From an uncultured Aliarcobacter sp. (GTDB lineage: Bacteria; Campylobacterota; Campylobacteria; Campylobacterales; Arcobacteraceae), in the NCBI GenBank assembly GCA_963677435.1, contig OY781945.1, positions 96,001 through 160,000 on the forward strand: 64,000 nucleotides of DNA, written 5' to 3'. This document shows positions 42,398 to 53,903 of the stretch, one piece after another. Position 1 is the first letter of the stretch, and each line of letters begins with the position of its first letter. The notes below the pieces were generated by a model. That model made no database searches. It had not been told where the DNA came from and saw only the letters and a program-made list of their open reading frames with translations. The position numbers and the translations under genes are program-made.

Positions 42398-43525
42398 TTG
42401 TTGTTAGATGTTACACTCATAGTTTTATGCGCGGGGAATTCTTCACGGTTTGAGCATAAAACAAAAAAACAATGGATTAGAATTGAAAATGAACCATTAT
42501 GGTTAAATGTTACGAAAAGGCTATCATCATTTTCACAATTCAATAAAATTATTGTTGCTTCCCATGAAAATGAATTAAATTATATGAAAAATTTCACAGA
42601 TGATTTTACTTTTGTAAAAGGTGGAGAAACTAGACAAAAATCTATTTTAAACTGCTTAGAATTTGTAACAACAAAATTTGTAATGATAAGTGATGTAGCC
42701 AGAGCTTGTATTCCCCAAAGTGTAATAAAAAATCTTTTAGAGGAAAAAGGAAATGCTGATTGCATAGTTCCTGTTTTAAATGTTACAGATACTGTAATTT
42801 ATGAAACAAATACTATAAATAGAGATTCTGTAAAATTAATACAAACTCCTCAACTTTCCCTTACTCAAAAACTAAAAGATGCATTAAATACTTCTATAGA
42901 ATTTACAGATGAGAGTTCTGCAATAAAGGCAATAAATGGAACAATTAAGTATATTCAAGGAAGTAATGAGAGTAAAAAATTAACACTTGGAAATGAATTA
43001 GATGAACTTCCAAATTTAAAAGCTCCTTCGAATAACTTCTTTACTGGAACAGGTTTTGATATTCATGCATTTGAAGATAATAAAGAGATGTTTTTAGGTG
43101 GAGTAAAACTTCCCTATGAATTTGGATTTAAAGCTCACAGTGATGGTGATGTTTTGATTCATTCAATTATTGATGCACTTTTAGGAGCTTGTGGAGCAGG
43201 AGATATTGGTGAATTTTTCCCAGATACAGATGAAAAGTATAAAGGAATAGATTCAAAAATTTTACTTGAGCATATTATTAAATTTATTTGCAGTGTTGGT
43301 TATGAAATTGTAAATATAGATACAACAATAATTGCTCAAAAACCAAAAATAAATCCATTTAAACATGAAATAAAGAATTCATTAGCTGCGTTATTGAATA
43401 TCGAAAAACAATTTATAAATGTAAAAGCAACAACTGCTGAAAAAATGGGATTTATTGGACGAGCAGAAGGTGTAGCAGTTCAAAGTATAGCTACATTGAA
43501 ATACTATAATTGGAAACAAAAATGA
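42398..43525 (+). CDS. ispDF: bifunctional MEP cytidylyltransferase / MECDP synthase
   Basis: AGNSSRF...KQW, QTPQ, GFDIH, AHSDGDV, KATTAEKMGFIGR. Confidence 0.95.
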   Translation: MLLDVTLIVLCAGNSSRFEHKTKKQWIRIENEPLWLNVTKRLSSFSQFNKIIVASHENELNYMKNFTDDFTFVKGGETRQKSILNCLEFVTTKFVMISDVARACIPQSVIKNLLEEKGNADCIVPVLNVTDTVIYETNTINRDSVKLIQTPQLSLTQKLKDALNTSIEFTDESSAIKAINGTIKYIQGSNESKKLTLGNELDELPNLKAPSNNFFTGTGFDIHAFEDNKEMFLGGVKLPYEFGFKAHSDGDVLIHSIIDALLGACGAGDIGEFFPDTDEKYKGIDSKILLEHIIKFICSVGYEIVNIDTTIIAQKPKINPFKHEIKNSLAALLNIEKQFINVKATTAEKMGFIGRAEGVAVQSIATLKYYNWKQK

Positions 43526-44412
43526 ACATATTAATCATTGAAAATGAAATTTATCTGGCGCAAAAAGTTGTATCAAGATTACTTGATGATGGACACAGTT
43601 GTGATTACATTGAGTCACCAAATATTGATAATCTTACAAAAGATTATGACACAATACTTTTATCAACATCTTTGCCCTCAGCTTTATGTAAAAATATTAT
43701 AAAAAAATACTCAGAGAATTCAATAATTCTTCTTTTAGTTTCTTATATTTCAGATGAAACGGTTACCAATCCTATCAAAGATGGCGCAAAAGACTATATT
43801 ATGAAACCATTTATCATGGATGAATTAATTAGAAAAATCTATCACTATAAAGAGTGTAGAAGTCTAAAAAGGGAGTTACAAACCCTAAGAGAATATTTTG
43901 ATTTTACAATGGCTGAAATTGATACAACAGATGTTTTATTACCGCCATCATTTCCAACGCTAATAGAATCAAATTCACAAAAATGTGCTGATAAATTAGT
44001 TTTTGAACTTTCTAGAAAAATGGATTTACCAATTAATTTTATTCCATTAACTTCATCAGTATGGCAAAAACAAGTAAATGCTATACAAGGTAAATCTATT
44101 ATTTATCTTACAGAGTATCACTCTTTGAAAAAAAATGCAAAAGAGAATGTTATTAAATTTATAGAAGACAAAAATTGCGTTGTTTCAACTTTAGAAACTG
44201 AAATTGATTTTCCTTATAGAAAAATTGAATTTAACAATGAGAATCAACTTATTGGGAACTCTAATATTATGACAATAAATGATTATGTTAAAATGATGGT
44301 TATTTCATATCAAGGGAAATATCCTGATACTGAGTTATCTAAAAAACTTGGGATTTCAAGAAAATCACTTTGGGAAAAAAGAAAAAAACTAGATATTGAA
44401 AAGAAAAAATAA
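43522..44412 (+). CDS. atypical response regulator, HP1021/Cj1608 (CemR)-like
   Basis: Receiver domain with Ser at the phospho-Asp position (ILLST); Fis-type HTH LGISRKSLWEKRKK; ATGA overlap with ispDF; same gene order as in Helicobacter/Campylobacter. Confidence 0.8.
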   Translation: MNILIIENEIYLAQKVVSRLLDDGHSCDYIESPNIDNLTKDYDTILLSTSLPSALCKNIIKKYSENSIILLLVSYISDETVTNPIKDGAKDYIMKPFIMDELIRKIYHYKECRSLKRELQTLREYFDFTMAEIDTTDVLLPPSFPTLIESNSQKCADKLVFELSRKMDLPINFIPLTSSVWQKQVNAIQGKSIIYLTEYHSLKKNAKENVIKFIEDKNCVVSTLETEIDFPYRKIEFNNENQLIGNSNIMTINDYVKMMVISYQGKYPDTELSKKLGISRKSLWEKRKKLDIEKKK

Positions 44413-44421
44413 GGATCTATT

Positions 44422-44898
44422 TTGAATTTAAGAAAATTTTTTTTAACAGTTGGATTTAGTGGTTTAAGCCCAAAAGCTCCAGGAACTGTAGGTTCTTTTG
44501 TATCTTTATTTATTGGTTTATTTTTACTAGAATTTCTTCATGTATCAACTCTATTTTTATTATCTTTACTAATTACTGTAATTGCTATTAAACAAATAGA
44601 TATTTATGAAAAAGAAGTTGGTATACATGATGGTAAAGAAATAGTAATTGATGAACTTGCAGGAATGTGGATAGCACTTTCTATTTGTGGAATCAATAGT
44701 GAAAACATGGTTATTATGGCTATTTTAGCATTTGCTTTTTTCAGACTTTTTGATATTTGGAAACCCTCAATTATTGGTAAAATCGACAGAGAGGTAAAAG
44801 GTGGATTAGGAGTAATGGGAGATGATGTTCTTGCTGGAATTGCTGCTGGAATCGCTAGTGCTGGAGTTTATCAGTTGATTGAGAAATTTATTTTGTAA
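44422..44898 (+). CDS. pgpA: phosphatidylglycerophosphatase A
   Basis: PKAPGT, IVIDE, FRLFDIWKP, GVMGDD. Confidence 0.93.
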   Translation: MNLRKFFLTVGFSGLSPKAPGTVGSFVSLFIGLFLLEFLHVSTLFLLSLLITVIAIKQIDIYEKEVGIHDGKEIVIDELAGMWIALSICGINSENMVIMAILAFAFFRLFDIWKPSIIGKIDREVKGGLGVMGDDVLAGIAAGIASAGVYQLIEKFIL

Positions 44899-45323
44899 TG
44901 CTTGATTATGTAATCTTTTTTCTAATTGTATTTATTTTAGGAGTTATACCGAGTATTTACTATATTAAAAACTATTCTAAAATTAAGAAAAAAAATGAAA
45001 ATAAAGAAAAAAAGAAAATTAATAAAAATTTCATATATTTAACTATTCTTTTAACTATAATAAATTTAGCTTATTTAATTATATTTCAAGATAAACATGA
45101 TTTGAATACATTTATTCTTCTGCCAATACTTTTTATTCTTTTAGGTGGTTTTATTGAGTTAGAATTTATAATTTACTTTTTTCTAATTTATAATCTATTC
45201 ATCTTATTTACATATAAAAGTGTTATTTTACGTTTTGCAAAAACAGTGAATTATTTCACTATTTTTGCAAATTCAGCAAAGATATATTTTGACTCGTGTG
45301 GACCTGGACTTGCTTCTGGGTGA
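44898..45323 (+). CDS. hypothetical membrane protein
   Basis: Hydrophobic ORF coupled to the pgpA stop (TAATG); its 3' end overlaps carA on the opposite strand. Confidence 0.45.
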   Translation: MLDYVIFFLIVFILGVIPSIYYIKNYSKIKKKNENKEKKKINKNFIYLTILLTIINLAYLIIFQDKHDLNTFILLPILFILLGGFIELEFIIYFFLIYNLFILFTYKSVILRFAKTVNYFTIFANSAKIYFDSCGPGLASG

Positions 45324-46369
45324 TGTTGAACTGAGAAAATCTCTTTATTTTTATATTTAACACCCTCAATAGTATTATCAAATAAATTTACATGTGTTAC
45401 ATCTGCAATCTCTACAATATTATCAGGAACATTATAGTTATGATTTTGTGCTGTGATTTCTACAACTCCATTATTAGCAACTGGATGGTTACCACCATGT
45501 TGTCCAAATTTAAGCTTATAAGTATCATAACCATGGGCAATTGATAACATTTGGTGTCCTAAACAAATAGCAAAAATTGGAATATCAGTTTTTACTAATT
45601 TTTGAACTTGCTCTTTTTCAGCAATTAATGTTAATGGATCACCAGGGCCATTTGATAGGAAAACTCCACCAATTTCTTTTGCTTCAAATCTTGCAATTAA
45701 ATCATCTGCTTTAAAAGTTGAAGGTACAACTTCTACTTCAAGACCTGATTCTACAAGCTCATTTAAAATATTTCTTTTTACACCAAAGTCAATAACAACA
45801 ACTTTTTTATCACTCATTACAGCTTTATTATAAGCTTTAATGCCATGATTCCACGCACCTGATTTATGAACATAAGACTCTTTTGTTGAAACTATTTCAA
45901 TATAATTTACATCTTCTATTCTAGGGCTTGATTTTAGTTGTTTTGCTAATTCTTCTTTATCAGAAACTTCAGTTGAAGCTATCATCATCATAGCACCTTC
46001 ATCTCTAATCATTTTTGTTAAATATCTAGTATCAATATCACAAATACCTAAAACACCATGCTCTTTTAATAAAGAATCTAAATCATTTTGTGCTCTATAG
46101 TTTGAATATTCACTATGATAATTTCTAACTAATACACCTTTACAATGACACTTTCTACTTTCCATGTCATTATCATTTACTCCTACATTTCCAATTTCTG
46201 GCATAGTAAAAGTAATGAATTGCCCAGCGTAAGATGGATCTGAAATAATTTCTTGGTATCCAGTTAATGATGTATTAAAAACTATTTCTCCAACAGATGT
46301 TCCTGTTGCACCAAAAGATTTCGCTTCTAAAAAAGTCCCATTCTCTAAATATATCCATACTTTTTGCAT
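45251..46369 (-). CDS. carA: carbamoyl-phosphate synthase small subunit
   Basis: GEIVFNT, SNGPGDP, ICLGHQ, QHHPEASPGP. Confidence 0.97.
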   Translation of the reverse strand: MQKVWIYLENGTFLEAKSFGATGTSVGEIVFNTSLTGYQEIISDPSYAGQFITFTMPEIGNVGVNDNDMESRKCHCKGVLVRNYHSEYSNYRAQNDLDSLLKEHGVLGICDIDTRYLTKMIRDEGAMMMIASTEVSDKEELAKQLKSSPRIEDVNYIEIVSTKESYVHKSGAWNHGIKAYNKAVMSDKKVVVIDFGVKRNILNELVESGLEVEVVPSTFKADDLIARFEAKEIGGVFLSNGPGDPLTLIAEKEQVQKLVKTDIPIFAICLGHQMLSIAHGYDTYKLKFGQHGGNHPVANNGVVEITAQNHNYNVPDNIVEIADVTHVNLFDNTIEGVKYKNKEIFSVQHHPEASPGPHESKYIFAEFAKIVK

Positions 46370-46921
46370 TTATATCAATCCTCTTTTTGTTAATTCCTCT
46401 TCATATAATCTGTGATAAACAAGATCATAATCCTCAGTTCCTGGTATTAATTTTCTTTTATAATTTTTTAATTTTGCCATTACTTCACTATCTGCTTTTT
46501 CAAAACCTTTTATGAAATCATCTAAAGAAGCAAAAATTACATTTTTTATTTGATTATCAGAACATGTATAATGTATAAAATCTTCTTCCCATAAATAATC
46601 TAATATTTTATGAGCAATATCTGAAAATCTATCTTCATTATTCAAAATAACACCATAATCATTTGCAAGTCTTTTTTTTGTCATCCAAAAAAGCTGTCTT
46701 CTATCAGCATTTAAATACTCAATTTCTTCTTCTTGTGCTGTTAAAATTTCCTGAACTTTTTCGTCTAACCCAAACTCTTTTTCAATATCAGCATCTAATA
46801 TTTTTTCTATTTCTGCTTCAATACTATGTTTTTCTTTTCTCACCTCAACAAAGTCACAATTTGCTAAATCTCTTGTAATTCTTCTTGAGACATACGGTGT
46901 ATGATGTAATTTCATTCTCAT
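46370..46921 (-). CDS. DUF507-family protein
   Basis: Campylobacterota-type ORF between purA and carA; KRKLIPGTEDYD...YEEEL. Confidence 0.75.
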   Translation of the reverse strand: MRMKLHHTPYVSRRITRDLANCDFVEVRKEKHSIEAEIEKILDADIEKEFGLDEKVQEILTAQEEEIEYLNADRRQLFWMTKKRLANDYGVILNNEDRFSDIAHKILDYLWEEDFIHYTCSDNQIKNVIFASLDDFIKGFEKADSEVMAKLKNYKRKLIPGTEDYDLVYHRLYEEELTKRGLI

Positions 46922-46927
46922 GCGTTT

Positions 46928-49026
<2,099 letters not shown>

Positions 49027-49031
49027 TACTT

Positions 49032-50138
49032 TTAGTTTCCTTTAAACATATTTGATGCAAAAACTCTATTTGCAGTTCCATCAAATGTTCTTATACCTAA
49101 ATCATCTAATGCTAATTCAACAGCATTTACAGCCCATGAAGCTTCATAATCTTCAACTAATCCCATATGATTAATTCTAAAGATTTTACCTGCTAAATGA
49201 TCTTGACCACCCGCAATATCAACATTATATTTATTTTTTAGTATTTTTCTAATTGCACTTGATTGCTCTGTATAAACAGTAGTCATAGCATCAGCAGGAG
49301 ATTTTGGATAAATATCAAATCCTATTGCTTTTAAAGCTTCTCTTGTCGCTTTTGCTCTTAATGCTGTTTGTTTATATAAATTATCAAATCCATCATTTTT
49401 TATTTTTTCTAAAATTGCACCTAAACCAATAATAAGTGTAGTTGCAGCCGTCCATGCTGTTGTATTTGTTCTTTGTTTTTTAATTTCTGTAGCTAAATTA
49501 AAATAGTAACCTTTTGGTTTTAATTCAATTTTCGCAACTGCTTCATTTGAGAATCCAATTATTGCAAGACCTGGTGGTAACATTAATGCTTTTTGACTTC
49601 CTGTAATAATGGCATCTAAATTCGTAGTATCAATCTTTTCAACACCAATAGCTGTAATTCCATCTGCAATAATCATAATATCTTTATTGATTTTTTTAAC
49701 CTCAGCAGCAATTTGTTCAACAGGATGTCGTAATCCTCCTGCACTTTCACAAATCTGAATAAAAATAGCATCAATAGATGAATCTGATTTTACAGCATTT
49801 ACAACCGCTTCTACACTAACAGGAGTATCCCATTCATTTTTAATTTCAGTATAATCTATACCAAAAGCAGCACAAATCTTTCCGAATCTTTCACCGAATT
49901 TTCCTGAATTAATTGTAAGTGCTTTTTTATGTGTTAAATTTGTAACACAAGCTTCCATTGCACCTGTACCACTTGAAGCTAACATTACAACTTCTGGCAT
50001 ATTGTATAATTCTATTAATAATTCTCTAGTATTTTTAAAAATCGCTTCAAACTCTTCAGTTCTATGATGAATCGTAATATCAGCCATCGCTTTTCTTACA
50101 AATTCTGGTACTGGAGTTGGACCTGGCGTCAATAGCAT
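49032..50138 (-). CDS. class V PLP aminotransferase (alanine-glyoxylate/serine-pyruvate type)
   Basis: LLTPGPTPVP, SSGTGAMEA, GSQKALMLPPG, FRINHMG. Confidence 0.9.
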   Translation of the reverse strand: MLLTPGPTPVPEFVRKAMADITIHHRTEEFEAIFKNTRELLIELYNMPEVVMLASSGTGAMEACVTNLTHKKALTINSGKFGERFGKICAAFGIDYTEIKNEWDTPVSVEAVVNAVKSDSSIDAIFIQICESAGGLRHPVEQIAAEVKKINKDIMIIADGITAIGVEKIDTTNLDAIITGSQKALMLPPGLAIIGFSNEAVAKIELKPKGYYFNLATEIKKQRTNTTAWTAATTLIIGLGAILEKIKNDGFDNLYKQTALRAKATREALKAIGFDIYPKSPADAMTTVYTEQSSAIRKILKNKYNVDIAGGQDHLAGKIFRINHMGLVEDYEASWAVNAVELALDDLGIRTFDGTANRVFASNMFKGN

Positions 50139-50338
50139 TTTAGTATCCTTATTTTTTCATTCTTTTATAGCAAAACGGAATATTTTATCCAAATATAGTT
50201 TATTAAACGGTTAAGCAAAAGAACAATCTTCAAATCATAATAATATTAGTTTTTATTTGACAATTATACTTTATTTATATAGAATGTATATATTATATTA
50301 CTTTTATAATATAATTAATTCAAATTAAGGAATTCGAA

Positions 50339-50524
50339 ATGGCAGAATTATTAAAGAAGAAAAAAGTTGCAAGAATTGCTAAGAAAGCAGTTAAGAAAAT
50401 TGCTGATAAAAAAGATGTAAAGAAAATCACGAAAAAAGTTACGAAAAAAGTTTTAGGTTTAAAACTTAAAAAAACAAAAAAAGCTAAATCAGCAATTAAA
50501 AAAGCAATTAAAAAAGTTGCTTAA
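50339..50524 (+). CDS. small lysine-rich basic protein
   Basis: 61 aa with 26 Lys; has its own AAGGA RBS and a downstream hairpin terminator. Confidence 0.75.
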   Translation: MAELLKKKKVARIAKKAVKKIADKKDVKKITKKVTKKVLGLKLKKTKKAKSAIKKAIKKVA

Positions 50525-50526
50525 TC

Positions 50527-50554
50527 TTAAAGTAGTAGGTTTCTACTACTTTAA
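50527..50554 (+). terminator. rho-independent terminator
   Basis: TTAAAGTAGTAG-gttt-CTACTACTTTAA. Confidence 0.7.
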
Positions 50555-50672
50555 TTCTCATCTATTGTAAAAAATTAATTTTTTTTCCACCATCAATCCC
50601 CTTAAATATAGAGTTTTTAATCAGAAAAATCAAAATAAAATATTAAATATTTCAATTCTTTTGAAAAAATCC

Positions 50673-50701
50673 TTGACATTAGTACTAATTAGTACTATAA
50701 T
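50673..50701 (+). promoter_or_regulatory. consensus sigma70 promoter with an 18-bp palindromic operator (copy 1)
   Basis: TTGACA-17 bp-TATAAT; the spacer region holds the palindrome TAGTACTAATTAGTACTA (50680-50697). Confidence 0.85.
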
Positions 50702-50753
50702 TTCGACATGAGTATCTAAAGAGTTAAAATATAAGGTTTACAGAGCGAATTAA
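50702..50753 (+). pseudogene. scar of a deleted marR copy
   Basis: A degenerate copy of the marR leader joined to ATAAGGTTTACAGAGCGAATTAA, the last codons (KVYRAN*) of the intact marR. Confidence 0.7.
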
Positions 50754-51394
50754 ACTTTTCTTTTGCTCTTTTAGTACTAATTAGTAATTAATAAAACAAA
50801 CAATAAAAAAAGGATTAATATGAAATTTTTAAAATTAGGTTTAGCTTCTTTGGTAGCTTCAAGTGCTCTTTTTGCTGGTACTTATAATGTTGATGCTAGT
50901 CATTCAAATGTTGGGTTTAAAGTTAAACACTTAATGATCTCTAATGTTACTGGTAAGTTTGACAATTTCAGTGGTAAATTTGTTTACGACGAAAAAACTA
51001 AAACTTTAAAAAGTTTAGAGGGTGAAGTTAGTGTTGCTTCTATTAACACTGAAGATGATAAAAGAGATGCTCATTTAAAATCTGCTGATTTCTTTGATCA
51101 AGCCAACAACCCTACTTTAACTTACAAATTAGAAAAAATTGAAGGTGACACTGCTTATGGTAAGTTAACTATTAGAGGTATTACTAAAGATGTTAAACTT
51201 GATTTTGAAGACAACGGTACTGCTGTTGATCCTTGGGGAAACACTAGAGTTGGTTTAGAGTTAACTGGTAAAATTAACAGAAAAGATTTTGGTCTTAATT
51301 GGAACAAAGCTTTAGAAGCTGGTGGTGTTTTAGTTGACGAAACTGTTAAATTAAACATTGAAATTGAAGGTATCTTAGCTAAGTAATTAGCTAA
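50731..51394 (+). repeat. 664-bp direct repeat, copy 1
   Basis: Identical by eye to 53230-53893 (offset 2499). Confidence 0.92.
50820..51386 (+). CDS. YceI-family periplasmic polyisoprenoid-binding protein (copy 1)
   Basis: DASHSNVGFKVKHL, RDAHLKSADFFD, GKLTIRGITK, DPWG, INRKDFG. Confidence 0.93.
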   Translation: MKFLKLGLASLVASSALFAGTYNVDASHSNVGFKVKHLMISNVTGKFDNFSGKFVYDEKTKTLKSLEGEVSVASINTEDDKRDAHLKSADFFDQANNPTLTYKLEKIEGDTAYGKLTIRGITKDVKLDFEDNGTAVDPWGNTRVGLELTGKINRKDFGLNWNKALEAGGVLVDETVKLNIEIEGILAK

Positions 51395-51495
51395 AACCTC
51401 TTTTTCAAATAGAGAAATATTTTATTCAGTATTTCAAGGAAAAGTTTTATTTTCTATAAATAAAACCCATTATAATCAATTTTAAAGGAATAAAA

Positions 51496-51999
51496 ATGAT
51501 ATTAATATTTGTAGCAAGCTTAAATGAAAATATGAAACTTGCAAATACTATAAAAACAAATTTTGACAAACAAGATGTGGATTCAAAAATAATTAATTTA
51601 GTAAATCTTAACTTACCAATGTATGATACATTCAAAGAACAAAATGATGGCATTCCTCAAGTTGCATTAGATTTAGCAAAAGAGATGGAAAAAGCTAGTG
51701 GTTATGTTATTGTAACTCCTGAATATAATTATGGTGTAACTCCTGTATTAGTAAATACAATAGCTTGGATTTCAAGAATTGGGGATGATTTTAGAGCATT
51801 ATTTAATTTAAAAGCGATTCAGTTAGCAACACACTCTGGTGGAGGTGGTCAAGATTCATTAAACTCTTTAAGAAATCAATTCACAAGACTTGGTTCTATT
51901 GTTATGCCAAGAGAAATTATGGCAACCTATGAAAGAGCTGTAAATGAAGATAGTGTAGACAAAATCTTAGTTCAATTTAAAAATTTAATAAAAGGATAA
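51496..51999 (+). CDS. NADPH-dependent FMN reductase family protein
   Basis: TPEYNYG...LVNTIAWISR, ATHSGGGG. Confidence 0.85.
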   Translation: MILIFVASLNENMKLANTIKTNFDKQDVDSKIINLVNLNLPMYDTFKEQNDGIPQVALDLAKEMEKASGYVIVTPEYNYGVTPVLVNTIAWISRIGDDFRALFNLKAIQLATHSGGGGQDSLNSLRNQFTRLGSIVMPREIMATYERAVNEDSVDKILVQFKNLIKG

Positions 52000-52002
52000 C
52001 TT

Positions 52003-52707
52003 ATGTTAAAAAAATTGCCAAAAGAAAACATGGGAACATCAAATCTTGGTTGGTTAGAAAGTAGATTTCACTTCTCATTTGCAGAATATAGAAATCCAAA
52101 TAATATAAATTTTGGAGTGTTAAGAGTATTAAATGATGATATTGTTCATCCAAATTCAGGATTTGATACACATCCCCATTCAAATATGGAAATTATCTCA
52201 TATGTAGTTGATGGTGAGATTACACACAAAGATTCAATGGGAAATGCAGAGACTTTAAAAAGAGGTGAAGTTCAATATTTAAGTGCTGGAGATGGAATAT
52301 ATCACAGTGAACACAATTGGAATAAAACAAAAGATTTAAGACTTTTACAAATTTGGATAGTTCCGCCAAAATCAGGACTTCCAAGACTTTATGGTTCTAA
52401 ACAATTCAATGAAATTGAAAGAAAAAATAAATTATTAAATATAGTTTCAAGCCAAGATGGAAATGCAGATATAAAAATTTATCAAGATATAAATATGTAT
52501 GTTAGTGAATTAGAAGCTAATAAAACTATAGATTTTGATATTAAAAAAGATAGACAAGTTTATTTTGTACAAATTGAAGGAACTGCTTCAATAAATGGAA
52601 TAAGTTTAAATAATGGTGATGCAATGGAAATAATAGATGTTGACAAGCTTGAAATCAAAGCTTTAAATAACTCTCACTTTTTATTCATCGAAATGAAAAA
52701 GGTTTAA
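52003..52707 (+). CDS. pirin-family protein (YhhW-like)
   Basis: FGVLRVLNDD, HPHSNMEI, HKDSMGN, HSEHN, LQIWI. Confidence 0.92.
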   Translation: MLKKLPKENMGTSNLGWLESRFHFSFAEYRNPNNINFGVLRVLNDDIVHPNSGFDTHPHSNMEIISYVVDGEITHKDSMGNAETLKRGEVQYLSAGDGIYHSEHNWNKTKDLRLLQIWIVPPKSGLPRLYGSKQFNEIERKNKLLNIVSSQDGNADIKIYQDINMYVSELEANKTIDFDIKKDRQVYFVQIEGTASINGISLNNGDAMEIIDVDKLEIKALNNSHFLFIEMKKV

Positions 52708-52752
52708 AACAAATTGTAAAAAAGTTTTTTTTATAATTTAAGTAAAAAACAC

Positions 52753-52781
52753 TTGACATTAGTACTAATTAGTACTATAAT
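52753..52781 (+). promoter_or_regulatory. consensus sigma70 promoter with an 18-bp palindromic operator (copy 2, before marR)
   Basis: TTGACATTAGTACTAATTAGTACTATAAT, identical to 50673-50701. Confidence 0.85.
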
Positions 52782-52799
52782 TTCGACAGGAGTATGTAA

Positions 52800-53252
52800 A
52801 TGAATAAAAAATCGTTAAAGTCTTATGGTATAAGAACAGATAAAGCTATGAAAACAGTTGTTAGATTAGAAAAAGCTAGTTTAAAAATAACAAATTTAAC
52901 AATAAATTATTTATCAAAACATAATCTCACATTTAATCAATTTAAAGTATTAGAAGTTTTATATCACTTAGGTGATTTAAACATTGGTTCAATTACAAAA
53001 ATAACAATGAGTACGCCTGGAAATATAACGGTTGTTGTAAGAAATCTAAAAAGAGATGAATGGATTACTTCAATAAAAGATCCAAATGACAGCAGAGCAT
53101 CAATTTTATCAATTACTCAAAAAGGTAAAGATATTATTGAAGAAGTATTTCCAACGCATTCAAGTAATTTAACAAAGTCAATGGAAATTTTAAGTGATAA
53201 TGAACTTGATACTTTATATGATTTATTAGATAAGGTTTACAGAGCGAATTAA
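52800..53252 (+). CDS. MarR-family transcriptional regulator
   Basis: LTFNQFKVLEVL, GNITVVVRNL, DSRAS...ITQKG. Confidence 0.9.
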   Translation: MNKKSLKSYGIRTDKAMKTVVRLEKASLKITNLTINYLSKHNLTFNQFKVLEVLYHLGDLNIGSITKITMSTPGNITVVVRNLKRDEWITSIKDPNDSRASILSITQKGKDIIEEVFPTHSSNLTKSMEILSDNELDTLYDLLDKVYRAN

Positions 53253-53893
53253 ACTTTTCTTTTGCTCTTTTAGTACTAATTAGTAATTAATAAAACAAAC
53301 AATAAAAAAAGGATTAATATGAAATTTTTAAAATTAGGTTTAGCTTCTTTGGTAGCTTCAAGTGCTCTTTTTGCTGGTACTTATAATGTTGATGCTAGTC
53401 ATTCAAATGTTGGGTTTAAAGTTAAACACTTAATGATCTCTAATGTTACTGGTAAGTTTGACAATTTCAGTGGTAAATTTGTTTACGACGAAAAAACTAA
53501 AACTTTAAAAAGTTTAGAGGGTGAAGTTAGTGTTGCTTCTATTAACACTGAAGATGATAAAAGAGATGCTCATTTAAAATCTGCTGATTTCTTTGATCAA
53601 GCCAACAACCCTACTTTAACTTACAAATTAGAAAAAATTGAAGGTGACACTGCTTATGGTAAGTTAACTATTAGAGGTATTACTAAAGATGTTAAACTTG
53701 ATTTTGAAGACAACGGTACTGCTGTTGATCCTTGGGGAAACACTAGAGTTGGTTTAGAGTTAACTGGTAAAATTAACAGAAAAGATTTTGGTCTTAATTG
53801 GAACAAAGCTTTAGAAGCTGGTGGTGTTTTAGTTGACGAAACTGTTAAATTAAACATTGAAATTGAAGGTATCTTAGCTAAGTAATTAGCTAA
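53230..53893 (+). repeat. 664-bp direct repeat, copy 2
   Basis: Identical by eye to 50731-51394. Confidence 0.92.
53319..53885 (+). CDS. YceI-family protein (copy 2, identical)
   Basis: Same 188-aa sequence as 50820-51386. Confidence 0.93.
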   Translation: MKFLKLGLASLVASSALFAGTYNVDASHSNVGFKVKHLMISNVTGKFDNFSGKFVYDEKTKTLKSLEGEVSVASINTEDDKRDAHLKSADFFDQANNPTLTYKLEKIEGDTAYGKLTIRGITKDVKLDFEDNGTAVDPWGNTRVGLELTGKINRKDFGLNWNKALEAGGVLVDETVKLNIEIEGILAK

Positions 53894-53903
53894 GATTTTA
53901 CCC

